Below are positions 26,901 to 38,900 of a DNA stretch of 64,000 nt, in pieces (the first letter of the stretch is position 1; the number at the start of each line of letters is the position of its first letter). The stretch is from contig NMRA01000249.1 of assembly GCA_002633005.1 (NCBI GenBank), positions 395,762 through 459,761 on the forward strand. Reading direction: 5' to 3'. The position numbers were made by a program, and so were the translations under genes. The notes under the pieces are model-generated. The model ran no database searches. It had not been told where the DNA came from and was given only the letters and a program-made list of their open reading frames with translations. Source of the stretch: Phoronis australis (taxonomy: Eukaryota > Animalia > Phoronida).

Positions 26901-29900
26901 GATTTTTTGTGAAAATTGTTTTGGAACTAGGAGTAGCATTTTGAGGGAGTTTTGATTTTACATTGTTCACTAAGAATGAACACATCCACCTTTATTCTCT
27001 CGAGTATAAACATAGTGTTAGCTACTTAAAAAGGTTTATTTCTTGAAGAGAACCAACGGACTTGCTACAGAAATATCGAAAATACAAGAACTTCGATGAA
27101 CTCATTGGATTCCAGTTGGATACATCATATCTGGAGTTCAAAGAATTTGATTCGTATTAACATATCTGATGTTCGACGGACTGAGCTTCGTGATTGTCCT
27201 CACCACTTTATCAAGTGAAGACTGCCTGGAACAATGTTAGTGAATGATCACTGACCACAAATGTAAACTGGATCTAAGGACGCCGCCACGAAAAGGGAAA
27301 ACGTGATAACGAACTGGTCATATTAACCTTTTTGTGAATTGTTACGAATCGATTGGGTGAGAAATTGAAGTAATTAACGTACTCATTGTGATATTCAAAT
27401 CAAATTCTGTTGTTTTAATCTCCTACCGGCAAGATATCCACCAGGTAACATTCTTTCTATTGAAGCATGCATTGGGGAAACCAAACAAGCCCTGAAAAAT
27501 CATACATGTATCAACCAACATTGTATGCCCAGTTATGGGTAATGCTATGATTCTGCAGTTTTTAGTCATATAGCTTCCACAGACCACTATTTCGCCATGG
27601 AAGATGTCAAGATCCTATTTAAGTGGGGAGTCGAGGAGGTGGTTTGAGGGGGTCGATGGGTGGGGTAGTCAAGAGGGTTTTAAAACAATATTTTTTCTTT
27701 TCAAATTGGCCAATCTGTAATGAGGGAGCGTGCCCCCATAAATCCGCTATGTTTCACTTGGGAGTTTCCTTTAAATGATAAGCGGGCTTAGTGGATTTTC
27801 CTCTTGTCAAATCAGCTGACCTGCATAAAAAGAAATGTTCAGCAGGGTGACCAAATTTGAAAATGCGTGACTGGCTACCTATTATTTTCGAAAAGGAGAG
27901 CTCAAAATAAATCAGATTTGAGCAGGTAAGGGTATTTGCATTGAGACATTTGCCTGATAGGACGTTGTGCCCCACGTATCTGCCTATATACATGTACGTC
28001 TACATGTATTTGACAATTTCTCTGTTTATTTCAGCAGCAATCAGTCTCGAACCTACATTTAACTGTCCTCCGAGTGATACAGTGACAGGTAGGACTTTCA
28101 TTAAGCTTAAGCGTAAGCTTTCATTATTCGCGTACATTCGTCAGACTCCATGACCAATAGCTACGAAGGTACTATATATTTTTAAAATTGCAGTATGCAA
28201 CGGAAAATGGATTAAAGCGCTGCTATTCATGTCTAGGGCAGAGAGTAAAAGCTCATTTCTCCAACTACTAGGGTATCAGAGTGTTGCCGTTGTGTCGTAA
28301 ATAAATCAATCAGTGCGTTGAGTATTGTTCACTTTAATTCAACATTCCAACATTGCCTAAACCTCGGAACCAATATGAGAGGTTCCTAGCCTAAACTAAT
28401 CGGTTTAGAGAATAACTCAACACAATCCAGTTCCATATACGTATCATAGAGGCCAAGGGAATAGATGCAGCTTGAACATCCAGTGAGGGAACCATATGGC
28501 TGTCTACCTTGTTATTGTTATATTGATCACGCAAAAAGATTCGTCGCTTTGTTGCCTGAGCTTACATTTCCCTTTCAGAACGCATGGCATACTTCCAAAT
28601 TAATTCAACACTTTGTGGTGGTCAAACTAACTCATCGGTGAACATAAGTGATGAGTGCTTACGTAACCTTGGACACATCACAGGATTGAGGAAGGCTATG
28701 AGTCATTTCACCCTTGGGTGCCAAAACATCCCCTACATTCCAACTTGTGATATAACTCGGATCAATGTTAGTATTTTCTTTTTAATTTGATGATTATCAT
28801 TATCTAGAAGCCAGCTCAGACCGGGACGTTCACATACTCTGAAGCATAACCTTTGGCATACGGAAATGAGAAGTAGAGTTTCAATTGATATTGAATTGAG
28901 ATTCAATTGAAATTCAGTGGAAAATTGAATTTGTATTGAATATATCTATTGAATGAAAATTCAATTAGCACTGCCCTCCAACCTGATGATGCGGCCAACT
29001 GAATTACTACAGAACGGCTATTAAATGGCAACTGAATTTCAGCACTTAGACAATTTTTAGCTATTCCGTATTAAATAGCTATTGAATTTTAAGACTTGGA
29101 AAATTTCACGATGTCTGAATGACAGGTGATCATTAAGTAAAATTAGGTTTCATTCATGAATTAGTAGCTTTAGTATTGCAAACAAAACGCAAGCTTTTTT
29201 GTAACTGATTTAATTGATCAAGGTTTTGGAAGTTAAGTCGTAGAGCACATATTTCAGAATGAGTTAGGTAAGAGAACAAACCTGCATGTGCATTGTATAT
29301 AGCTGTGCATGTATAGTTGACAAAACACAGTCACTTAATCTTGTTTTGACCTAACATATTTCATTTACTTTAAATACTTGAGACTTAGAAACATGTTTTC
29401 ATGATTCTGTCTTAAAATTCTCATATCAGAGCAATGTGCATGTTTGAGTGAGAGAAGTGAATTTTTATTCTAGTTACATGATCTGAAACTAAATAACTGA
29501 GTTACGCACAAAATAAGAGATGGATTGGATACTAGAGGTTTGCTATCACCACCATTCATCTACCCGTAGTGTCTTTGCAGTATGTTCTGAGTCTGGTTAA
29601 ATGTACAGACTGTTCTGCTCATAGGATTAGAAATCAAATTTCAGCTATGAGTTAATGAGATGCTTGACATATCTGGCTATCACAACCAGTGCAAATTCAA
29701 GGGAAAACTAAATAGTACTCATTTAGTTTATGAGTAGACTCCATTGAATGACATTAAAGCTACTTGGTGAAACCCATTCAAACACAGTACTGCACGCATG
29801 TTGCTACTGGCTGATTTTGCGATGGGCAAAATAATTCAAAAAAATTAAATCTCATTTACAATGAAACAGCGTGTTCATAGATATAGGTAACATGTAATGA

Positions 29901-32900
29901 AAAAATTACGATGCATTGTCACTGACACCCATGCTTTCTACTGATTATTTTTATTCAGTTAATAGAGTCCAAACAATTAAGTTTTACTGTAGTTTTCTTA
30001 TTTTTGGAGTTTTTATTAGTATAGAAGACAACACCCTTATTAAAGGAGAATGCCACATGATTTAATTAGTCTTTTTTGCCGTCTTAATCGGTCTATATCA
30101 ACACTGCCTCGCATTCGGTCGACCTTAACTTGCCAAGAGGTGTCGCGTTAGCCTGTGAGAAGGTGAGAAACGACGCTAGCGACGTCAGTGGTTCATATGC
30201 AGAGTGAATGCCGCTATGTTGCAGTGCATCGTTCCCGCTTGTCCGAACTAAGCAGCTGCGAGGAAAGCTGTTATATCGATTTTCTTTACTTCCTCGAGAG
30301 TCCGAAATGCTTAGAAAGTGGCGCATGGTAGTGAAGAATGAAATGTGCGCAGTAAATAGCAAGTGAGGCCGTGAAACATCTCCGTGTCTGTGGCCTGCAG
30401 ACGTCGACAGTGCCTGACGAATGCCGGCTTACCAAATAACTCCATACGTTCTGTTGTCTGAGCTTGTTCACGGCGCCTCTCTAGTAATCTACATCACTGT
30501 ATTCCTGTTCGAATTGATAGCCTGTAAAACTTAACGATCTACCTGCGAAGTCGAGACTGATGAGCTCTAGCTCGTCCTAAGCGAGTTGCCATGTTGGCGT
30601 TTATTACTGTGCGTTCTGTTTCAAAATGAATTATTCTCACCCTAACCAATACTTATATAAAACTGAAACAAAGTCTGCCTCATTAGATGCAATTTGTAAT
30701 GCCTTTCGAGTGTTCATGAAAGCAAATGATTTGAGAAGCCATCAATGAATGAATCACTGCGTTACCGGCTTTAGGTGCTCTGCAATTTGACTAATTGACG
30801 GGACACCGAGGCTGTGTGAGTTCATGCTAATTTAGTGTTTGCTGGCAGAAACTGTTGACAAGATACAACTCGATTTCCATCCCACGGCCAGGTGTTAGGG
30901 GAATCTTTATTTACATTTACATTACTCAAACAATGATTGTCGATGTACAACTTGTGCCCTGACGGTACTGCTGCCAAAGCGGACCTACATGTAAGTGAAT
31001 TCGCGGCCCCCGACGAGTAAGTAGATTTGCAGTTTTGTCGCTAATTCACCAACATAATCAGGTGCAAATTACTTTGGCTCACTAGTATAGTATTTTCTTG
31101 ACTGGAAGTTAAGTTTCCACTGAACTTTGGCTTGTTTATGTTCGTGATGTCTGATCAGTTTCCGAGCAACTGGCCGGGATAACGAGCCAATCCGGCCGGC
31201 CGCGACGAGCCTGATCGGGCTCCGAGCCACTGGCCAGGATAACAAGCGTTTTGTGTTTAGAACTCAAAAATTCACAAGTTTAAACTAGAAAGATTATTGT
31301 CACGGCGTGACAATAACGGACTCTGCGCGTGCGTATTACTATAATTATTATGGGAAGTTACTGACAGCAACCCGTTTACCAATATGAAAAGGAATTCTTT
31401 AAAATTGTAGGAGATATTGTATATTAATTTTTTGATGACCTTTCCACTGATTGACCTCTTCCGGTACATTATGAGCCCCTATGAGGGAGTAATTGTTAAC
31501 TCGATTAAAAGTTTGGTTAATGCTAATAATCACAGTTGTTTTACTTTAAGCACTTCAGAATACAAGATGAGTTCAAAAGTTTAGTTTGCACCTAATGACC
31601 TTTGACCTATTTCACCTGATTGGATGACCCGATTACTTAGAAAAGTAATTTTTAATTGTCATGTTGACTTATACCTGTACACCGAATTTGAAAAAGATGG
31701 CTTTAAAACTGAAGAAGGAGTAGCATTTTGATAATTATATGACCTTTGCACCAAACGACCTCTTCCGGTGCAATATGGATTTTGATTATATAACCAATCA
31801 AAATTTATATACTGTCAAATGTCACATGCTGAATTTAAAGACCGTACCTGCACCCAATTTGGAGTAATTAAGCCTCAAAGTGGGTCGGAAGAAGAATAAG
31901 AAGAATAAGAATAAGAATAAGAATAAGAATAAGAATAAGAATAACAATAAAATTGAAGAAAACCCAGGAACAACAGTACTTTCCGCTTGCACGCGCACAG
32001 TAATTAGAAGAATAACAATAAAATTGAAGAACACCCAGCAACAACAGTACTCTGTGCTTACACGCGCAGAGTAATAAGAATAAGAAGAATAAGAATAAGA
32101 ATAAGAATAAGAATAAAATTGAAAAAACACAGGAACAACAGTACTCTACGTTTACACGCACAGAGTAATAAAATTGAAGAAAACCCAGGAACAACAGTAC
32201 TTTGCGCTTACACGCGCAAAGTGATAAGAAGAATAAAATTGAAGGAAACCCAGGAACAACAGTACTCTGCGCTTACACGCGCAGAGTGACAACACAGATC
32301 TAGGTTCTCCTGTCTGTATCTCACGGAAAATACTTCGGAATTATCTCCGAACAGACCCCAAAAAACTCCAGCTACGGACCTTATTGGCCTGCCGAACTTT
32401 GTAGGCTACGGTGTGTCCAAATACCAATAAATCCGTAAGTGCGAAATAAAACAACACGTTTCTATAAGAACTCGGTGTATTTTTAAGGGTTTTACATTGA
32501 AGTTTGATGATTTATTGGTGTTAAACGATGACTTCAAGCGATAAGCTGACACCAGTAACCCTTGTTGTTAACTGCTGAACAGACTGCGTGTGAAACCGAT
32601 GACGTCATTGGATAATTTCAACAGGTAACGCAACCGCACGTGTTGTTTTGGAGTAGAACTAGTCGATCTAAATTAATACAAATTAGGTTGTTTTGGGTGA
32701 CATGCTCCTTTAATGCTCTTAATCAAAAGCATAATATTATAGAAATTTCTAAAATCGATAGCTAATTAACTAAGAAATCAAATTTATTTACGCAACTTGA
32801 TACCCTCTAATTGGATATTTCTCAACTGTTTTTTAGTACAGTAGGAGACTTTGAAAACATACATCAAAAGGCTATACGTCTAGGGAGCTAATGCCCACTT

Positions 32901-35900
32901 CCAGCAATACTGTGCCAGTCATCAATTTTTGTTGTGGACGGAAGCCTCAAAATTAATAGATTATAGCAAGTTTCGGTGCTCTGAAAAGTGCGGACTCCCG
33001 ATTTCTGCAGAGTCATTGAAAGGCTGTACAATGCCGACATTTAAAGATTTGGTTTCACATGTGGATTGTGCCTTTTCAGACAGCCAATATTTTGCTACTA
33101 TAGCTCTGTTTGCCTGAAATTCTTCTTTTATTTGATTGCCAACATTTATTAAGCTAACTGGTTATAAAATATTCGTTCAACATGTGGGATATGCTGTAAT
33201 ATGTGCTCAGAGAAGTTCATAGTGACATATGATTTAGTTCATGTACCAGGATCAGCATACAAATGTTGAAAAAGGAAAACAATCTACAGTTAGTCATCAT
33301 TTAAGAGATTCTTCAAAATGTTTCCAAAGGCTGCAATTCAATGATGCCGCAAGGGCCAACAAACACCTAAGGCACTTTATTTGTTTTTCTTTGTTAAATG
33401 CTGCATGTTATTTTGTGCAAGTTTCGATTTAAGGTTTTGCAATGTTCAGTTGTCTAGGATTTGATTTTACTCTTGCATGCCAGGTTGCTGAATGAAGATT
33501 GTGATCTATTCTTGTGTCTTGAAGAGGTTTACAACAATATATCATATTTTAAGTTTTTATAACTTTTATAGAAAATACTTGAAATTAAAATTGTTATGTA
33601 TTTCTAGAAAAATTGAATTGACATTGAACTGCTATTGAACGGCCATTGAACGACTATAGACCTGTTATTGAATATGGGATGAAATTCAACTGATTCTGTA
33701 CTGCATGGAGAATTGAATGGCTATTGAACGGCTATTGAAATGAATCAATTCATTTTCATGGGAAACATTTCAATTGAATCTCAAGTGAATCTCAATTGAG
33801 TTTCAATTCCTGTCCCATCCGAACGTCCAGTGTACTTTTCTGTATGGGTTACCAGCCATATGTTCAAAACCAATAACACCACCAACGCTACTCTATATTG
33901 CCGAGATGTATAAAACTACGGGAGTGAGTCGTGTACGGGAGAAGTATTTGCGGTTCAAGCCGGGCAGTAGAGAAAGTTTGTTATGACAAACCTTCAACAT
34001 TCGAAGTGAGTATCAGCGAACAATCCAATAATGGCGGGAGATAACTCCGTGATGTCAGCAGGTTTAGAAAATGGAAACTTGGGTAAAATTTATTGAAGAC
34101 TGGCCGCCGGTGTGTTAAAGACTGAGGTGGTATGTAACACGATGTTAGGTATTGTATGGTGATATTACTGCATGTATTTTAGTACAAGAACAAAAGAAAA
34201 AGGACGAATATTTTTGAGAACTCTGCTAATGAAGGTACTGAGTTAGCGCATGCGCACGCCACATTTTTCCTTCTTGGATTGAGCTTTCGAAAGGTCCCCA
34301 GAATATACATATAGAACCGATCTTCATCTTACCACTACAGTGTTCTACTTGGGATTCTAAGTTTGTTGGAGGCAAAGGTCAAGAGACGGTCAAATCTATT
34401 ACTAAAATGCACATGCATTGTGACAGAGATTGCTCATACCTTAAGTCACATAAAACCCTATGCAATATAACCAATACTACCGTTGTTCAATTGTGCCTGT
34501 TCAAGAAGCTTTTCCTTTTAAAATAGTTACTTGGCAAAAAGCTCCAGGTGTTTCAAAACAAATAAATTATGTGTGTACTCAACAAGCACCCTTCTATTTA
34601 CTTTAGTTTTGATAAGTACTCTGTCTCGGTGGCACCTAAATACTGAAAATCGATTAACCAACCCAAGGTCCACGTCATTCCTAAAATGGTTATTGCAATG
34701 CATCACCGTGATCATTTTTCTGCATTCTCACAAAACTAGAAGGAGCAACAATGGCTTTGATTCAGCCAAAAGTTAAAACAAAACGATCTAACTTTAACTT
34801 CAATCATATTTCTGTGGAATTAAATTTTGGGTCACTGAGAGACATTGCTGATGTAAATACGTTTAATCGACAAGTCGAACAATATCACTATAGCCTTAAT
34901 GAGGGAAAACATAACTCGGATTTTATTTATTAGTTCAATAAATTAGTTAATTGATTAATTAACCTATCTATTTTTATATTTACTGATGTGTCATCTATCA
35001 TGTCACTTTTTGTACGGTATTTTTCAGCTCATTTTCACCTATACCTACTGTAGTATCGTAATGTTTTCTTCATCCTGTATAAAATTCATCGTTTATTATT
35101 TATTCGTAATATTTTATTATTTCTTTAATTTTCTGTTTGGGCCGCTACGGAAATAAGTTCCCCCCCGTAGTGTGTTTGCGTATTATCTTTAAATTTGTTA
35201 AATACTCTTTTTAGCTGCCCTCCAGATGTCTTTCAACTTAGGCCAGGGCTCACTTCTTCATCTTTTCAGCTTTGCAGACATAAGATTTCGCGCCGTTCTT
35301 TGCGTTAGTTGTGTATATGACATGTTCAGATGAATAAACGAAGTAAAGCTAATCTGTCCATTATACCTATTTCTTTCAGCGAAGCCACGTTCTTCTTTCA
35401 ATTTCAGGGCAGCTGCTACCGTAGTCTAATTCGCTTGCACGCACCAGTGGGTGAGGCTTTTAAACGGTGTGTGGAAGAAGAGAACTCTAATATATTCAGA
35501 CAGGATTTTCACAAAGATTATGCCGCAGAAGGCGCCTGCCCTTCGGCTAAGGTTAAACAAGTCCTAGCTCATGTTGGAAGCGGTAATTAACCTCTTGCAG
35601 AATTGTGATCGTATCGTACTTTATACACGCTAGGCATGATCTACATCAACTACTCCGGTCAACGAGTAAATATTTTACTTTGAACACGGGCGGTGGAGAA
35701 GTTGGATTTGCCACCCCAAACTAATTTTTAAAAAGGTTTTGCTCATTTTCCATCAATTGAAGTATATAAAAGTACATGTAAATACAGTCGGCATACGAAA
35801 TTCGGGATTTTTTTGAATAAATTAATTGGAAGCGGTCTGATACATTTTGTACAGACGTGTGCAGGCCGTGCCAGTGGGCGCGTTGCACTGATCACCTGGA

Positions 35901-38900
35901 ACCATTCTTATGCTTTATGAATATATAGTTAAATCCGAGCTGAGGATCTGTAAACCTGACTCAAGTCGTTAGCGGTGTTACCCAGTTGGATTTGAACCGA
36001 CAACATTGAGTTAAAATATCGGTCACCTATCTCACTAGGACACACCCACTCCTCTCGAAATTCCGTAAGTTTTTTCACAGTCTTCTTGACCACATTAATG
36101 AAGTGAGAGCGAAAGGTTGCTCTTTATCACTACGTTTTAGACGTTTTTTATGTGATGTTCACCAACCATAGCAGTTCCAGTGAATGTACTTGATTGAGGC
36201 GATGTTAATATGCGAAACGTATTCCATTGCTAGCCAAACTGGTTAAGATCTATCTAATGTAAAACGGTTTTACTTACGCGGCGTTGTTGCGAAGTCAAAT
36301 TGTTTAAGTCAGAACAGACCATTTGTGTGTAACAATCTAACACAAACACGAAACACACATACCGTGTAAAACAGCAATAAAACATCAATAGTCCTTACTG
36401 CAGCGGGTATGAAAGCCTTAGACCTTTTCGATAACGTTCAAATAAAAACATTTCAACCGAAAAGCTGTCGAGCAGTGTAGTTCTTCGACAAACAAGGAAA
36501 CCTTTGCCAAAACTGAATTGGTCAAGAGGATTCTACTGCAGTCGACTAATTAGCTTTCGAACAACAATCAACCACCACACACCGACCAAACTGTTACCTT
36601 CTTGTGGCATTATCTTCGTGCAATTCAGAATATAAAGATTGCATCTTCAGACACAACCACTTCAGTTTATCTGCTCTTCCACACCAATGACGTCACTTAA
36701 CTCTACTAATGATATTTGATATTTTAGACAACAAAAAAATCTTTCCTCAGATTTTTCTGTTCGAAATCAGCATCGAACAAATACTTGAATACATCATATG
36801 GTCACAAGAATGGTGCAGTGCTGCATTGTTTCAGAAAATGTATAATGTAATAGCTTGACAGTTGCTAGACATGACGATATACTAGGGGCAAAGGTTTTTT
36901 ACCCTAGAATTAAAGAGGCAAAAACTCCTCCCTGCACAAAGCAAGTTTTAAATTAAAACACTTGCATGTACAAGGGATTTCTAGGCGTGGGCCAATTCGA
37001 AAATAGGTTGACACGTCATTTTATACACCGATCATGGTCTCAACAACTAGATAGTAATTTTAATTATTTATCTACGCATTTAACTGTTTGAGTATAACAA
37101 TTAAACATGAGACTTGCCGACCTCGTTCTGGCATTACAACAGTGTCGTTTCGACAAAATAATTTTCTGCGAAAGCTAGAAACTCCCACACCAATCCATCC
37201 AATACACAGATGTAGTGTACACACGATTGCTTTGAAATATTGCCAATAATTTCTTAGACTGGTTCGTTAAGTTCAAACTGTTTGAAAAATAAGGTATTGG
37301 TAAACGCATGGTACTTTTCGTTACAGATTGGACAACTCCTTCTACCACCTCCGCAAGTACCACAATTACGCAAAGTACTACATCCGTTACGACAACATCT
37401 CCACCCACTACCTTTCATCCTACTACTGTTGGTATGTTATTCAACTTTAAATCCTCCCTCATACATTGTAATTGTTTCTTTGCTTTTTTCGTGCATGAAA
37501 ATTGAGGAAAATTACAAGTAACTAAACAAGCCTTTTTGTAAAATAACCTAGCGCTTTAGTTGAATAATGAAGAAAAAATAATGATTTGTTGGTTTAACAC
37601 CACGTGATGTGGAAGATGTTAATCAATCAGCAGTATACCTACACATATATGCAATGGTGGATAGTGATTGTGTAAGTTACGAAGACTTGAAGAGCGGGCT
37701 GACGAGTACTATGAACACAGTTACATGTATGGAGATGGGGTGAAGATGAAACCCAGGTCACAAGCGAAACAGGAAATGAATTAGTCAGCCAGCTAGGTGT
37801 ACATGTATGAAGACTGTCTTCAAAATGCAGCTATGTACCACCGTGTTTTGAGTTCCAACAAACATCAATTTGCACATAGCCCTGCTACATGTAGTTTTGA
37901 TCGTCACCTCGGGGTTAAAGTTCTATCAGCATGTTGAGGTACAGACCGGCAGGTGAGTATGTATAATTTGGGAGTCAACCGATGACTTGCCTTGCCCGTT
38001 ACAGCCGTTAAAGTGAAAGGCAGTCCAATAAAAGTCATTTTCTTGAGTAGTTATTTTGTAACGAAGAAAAATGTGCCGTTCTTTTGAAAGCAGTGTACCC
38101 GTTACACATGCACGCGCCATTTGCTAAATATTTGCGACATCTCACGGGAGGTGATGAGAGCGAAATTCTGTGAGTACACTACCTCATGAAACAACAATCG
38201 TTTGAAGAATGGGCGAAGAAATGAAACTGGCCAGTAATTGATGCAATATTTCGTGCTACCAAAAGCCGAAGAAAAAGATCCCACCACAATTTTAGCAGCA
38301 GGATAACGGTAGAAGGCCAATTTTCAAACACCACTAAATAGTTCAGTTTAATCAAGCAAGAATGTAGTTTCTCATGACAATAATTTTGTGCCAGATTTTT
38401 ACCTAGTCATTTTTTACCCACATCGGCGCAAAACTGTTTATTTAGTATACAGCTATGCACCTAGGCTAGTAATGAGTTAGACCATCTCGACACACTTTGC
38501 GCGTTAGAGGCCGTGCAAACTCGACCCTCCTGCACTGGCGTCTACTCAATAGAAATCGAGTCGGAGCCACTCCGTGCTTTGGAGGTGCTAATCACGATTT
38601 CTAAATTACAGTATTCTAACCACTGAAGTGTCGAGTATTACATGTATGTGTGTCGAATAATAAACGTAATCGAAGGTCTTACCTGACCATCAGCTTCACT
38701 GTATCACCTTTCCTGGTGGCGCTTCTGCTTTTTTACCGTTTTACATCTTTTCACATATTTTATCAGGTTATATTCCGCTTTCATTTTCACTTCAAGGGGG
38801 CGCTTTGATGATTAAAACATTCGGTATCGAACTGGGTCGATCTTTACTTCAAATATACATGTGCAGTTGAGATATACTGAATGCTGATGTTTATTGACTC

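Larger units (their letters stand above)
28850..33848. mobile_element. Non-autonomous DNA transposon with ATTGAA/TTCAAT subterminal repeats (EnSpm-like by its CCC terminus), host of nested insertions
   Basis: Absent from the paralogous intron at about 44000-44015; inverted subterminal blocks at 28880-29100 and 33610-33810; right end …tgtatggg. Confidence 0.6.

Noticed and set aside
31822-32194. ORFs with YSYSYS, FLFLFL, ILILIL and KNKNKN runs
   Set aside because: Translations of the (AAGAAT)n microsatellite
31940-32290. CRISPR-like repeat-spacer appearance (also the arrays at 15960-16510 and 63130-64000)
   Set aside because: Eukaryotic context, no unique spacers, no cas genes; these are transposon subterminal repeats
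37980-38160. Shared intronic segment as the exact recombination breakpoint of the module duplication
   Set aside because: Homology between the two modules continues ~500 nt past it (to about 38700 and 53490), so the breakpoint is not within it
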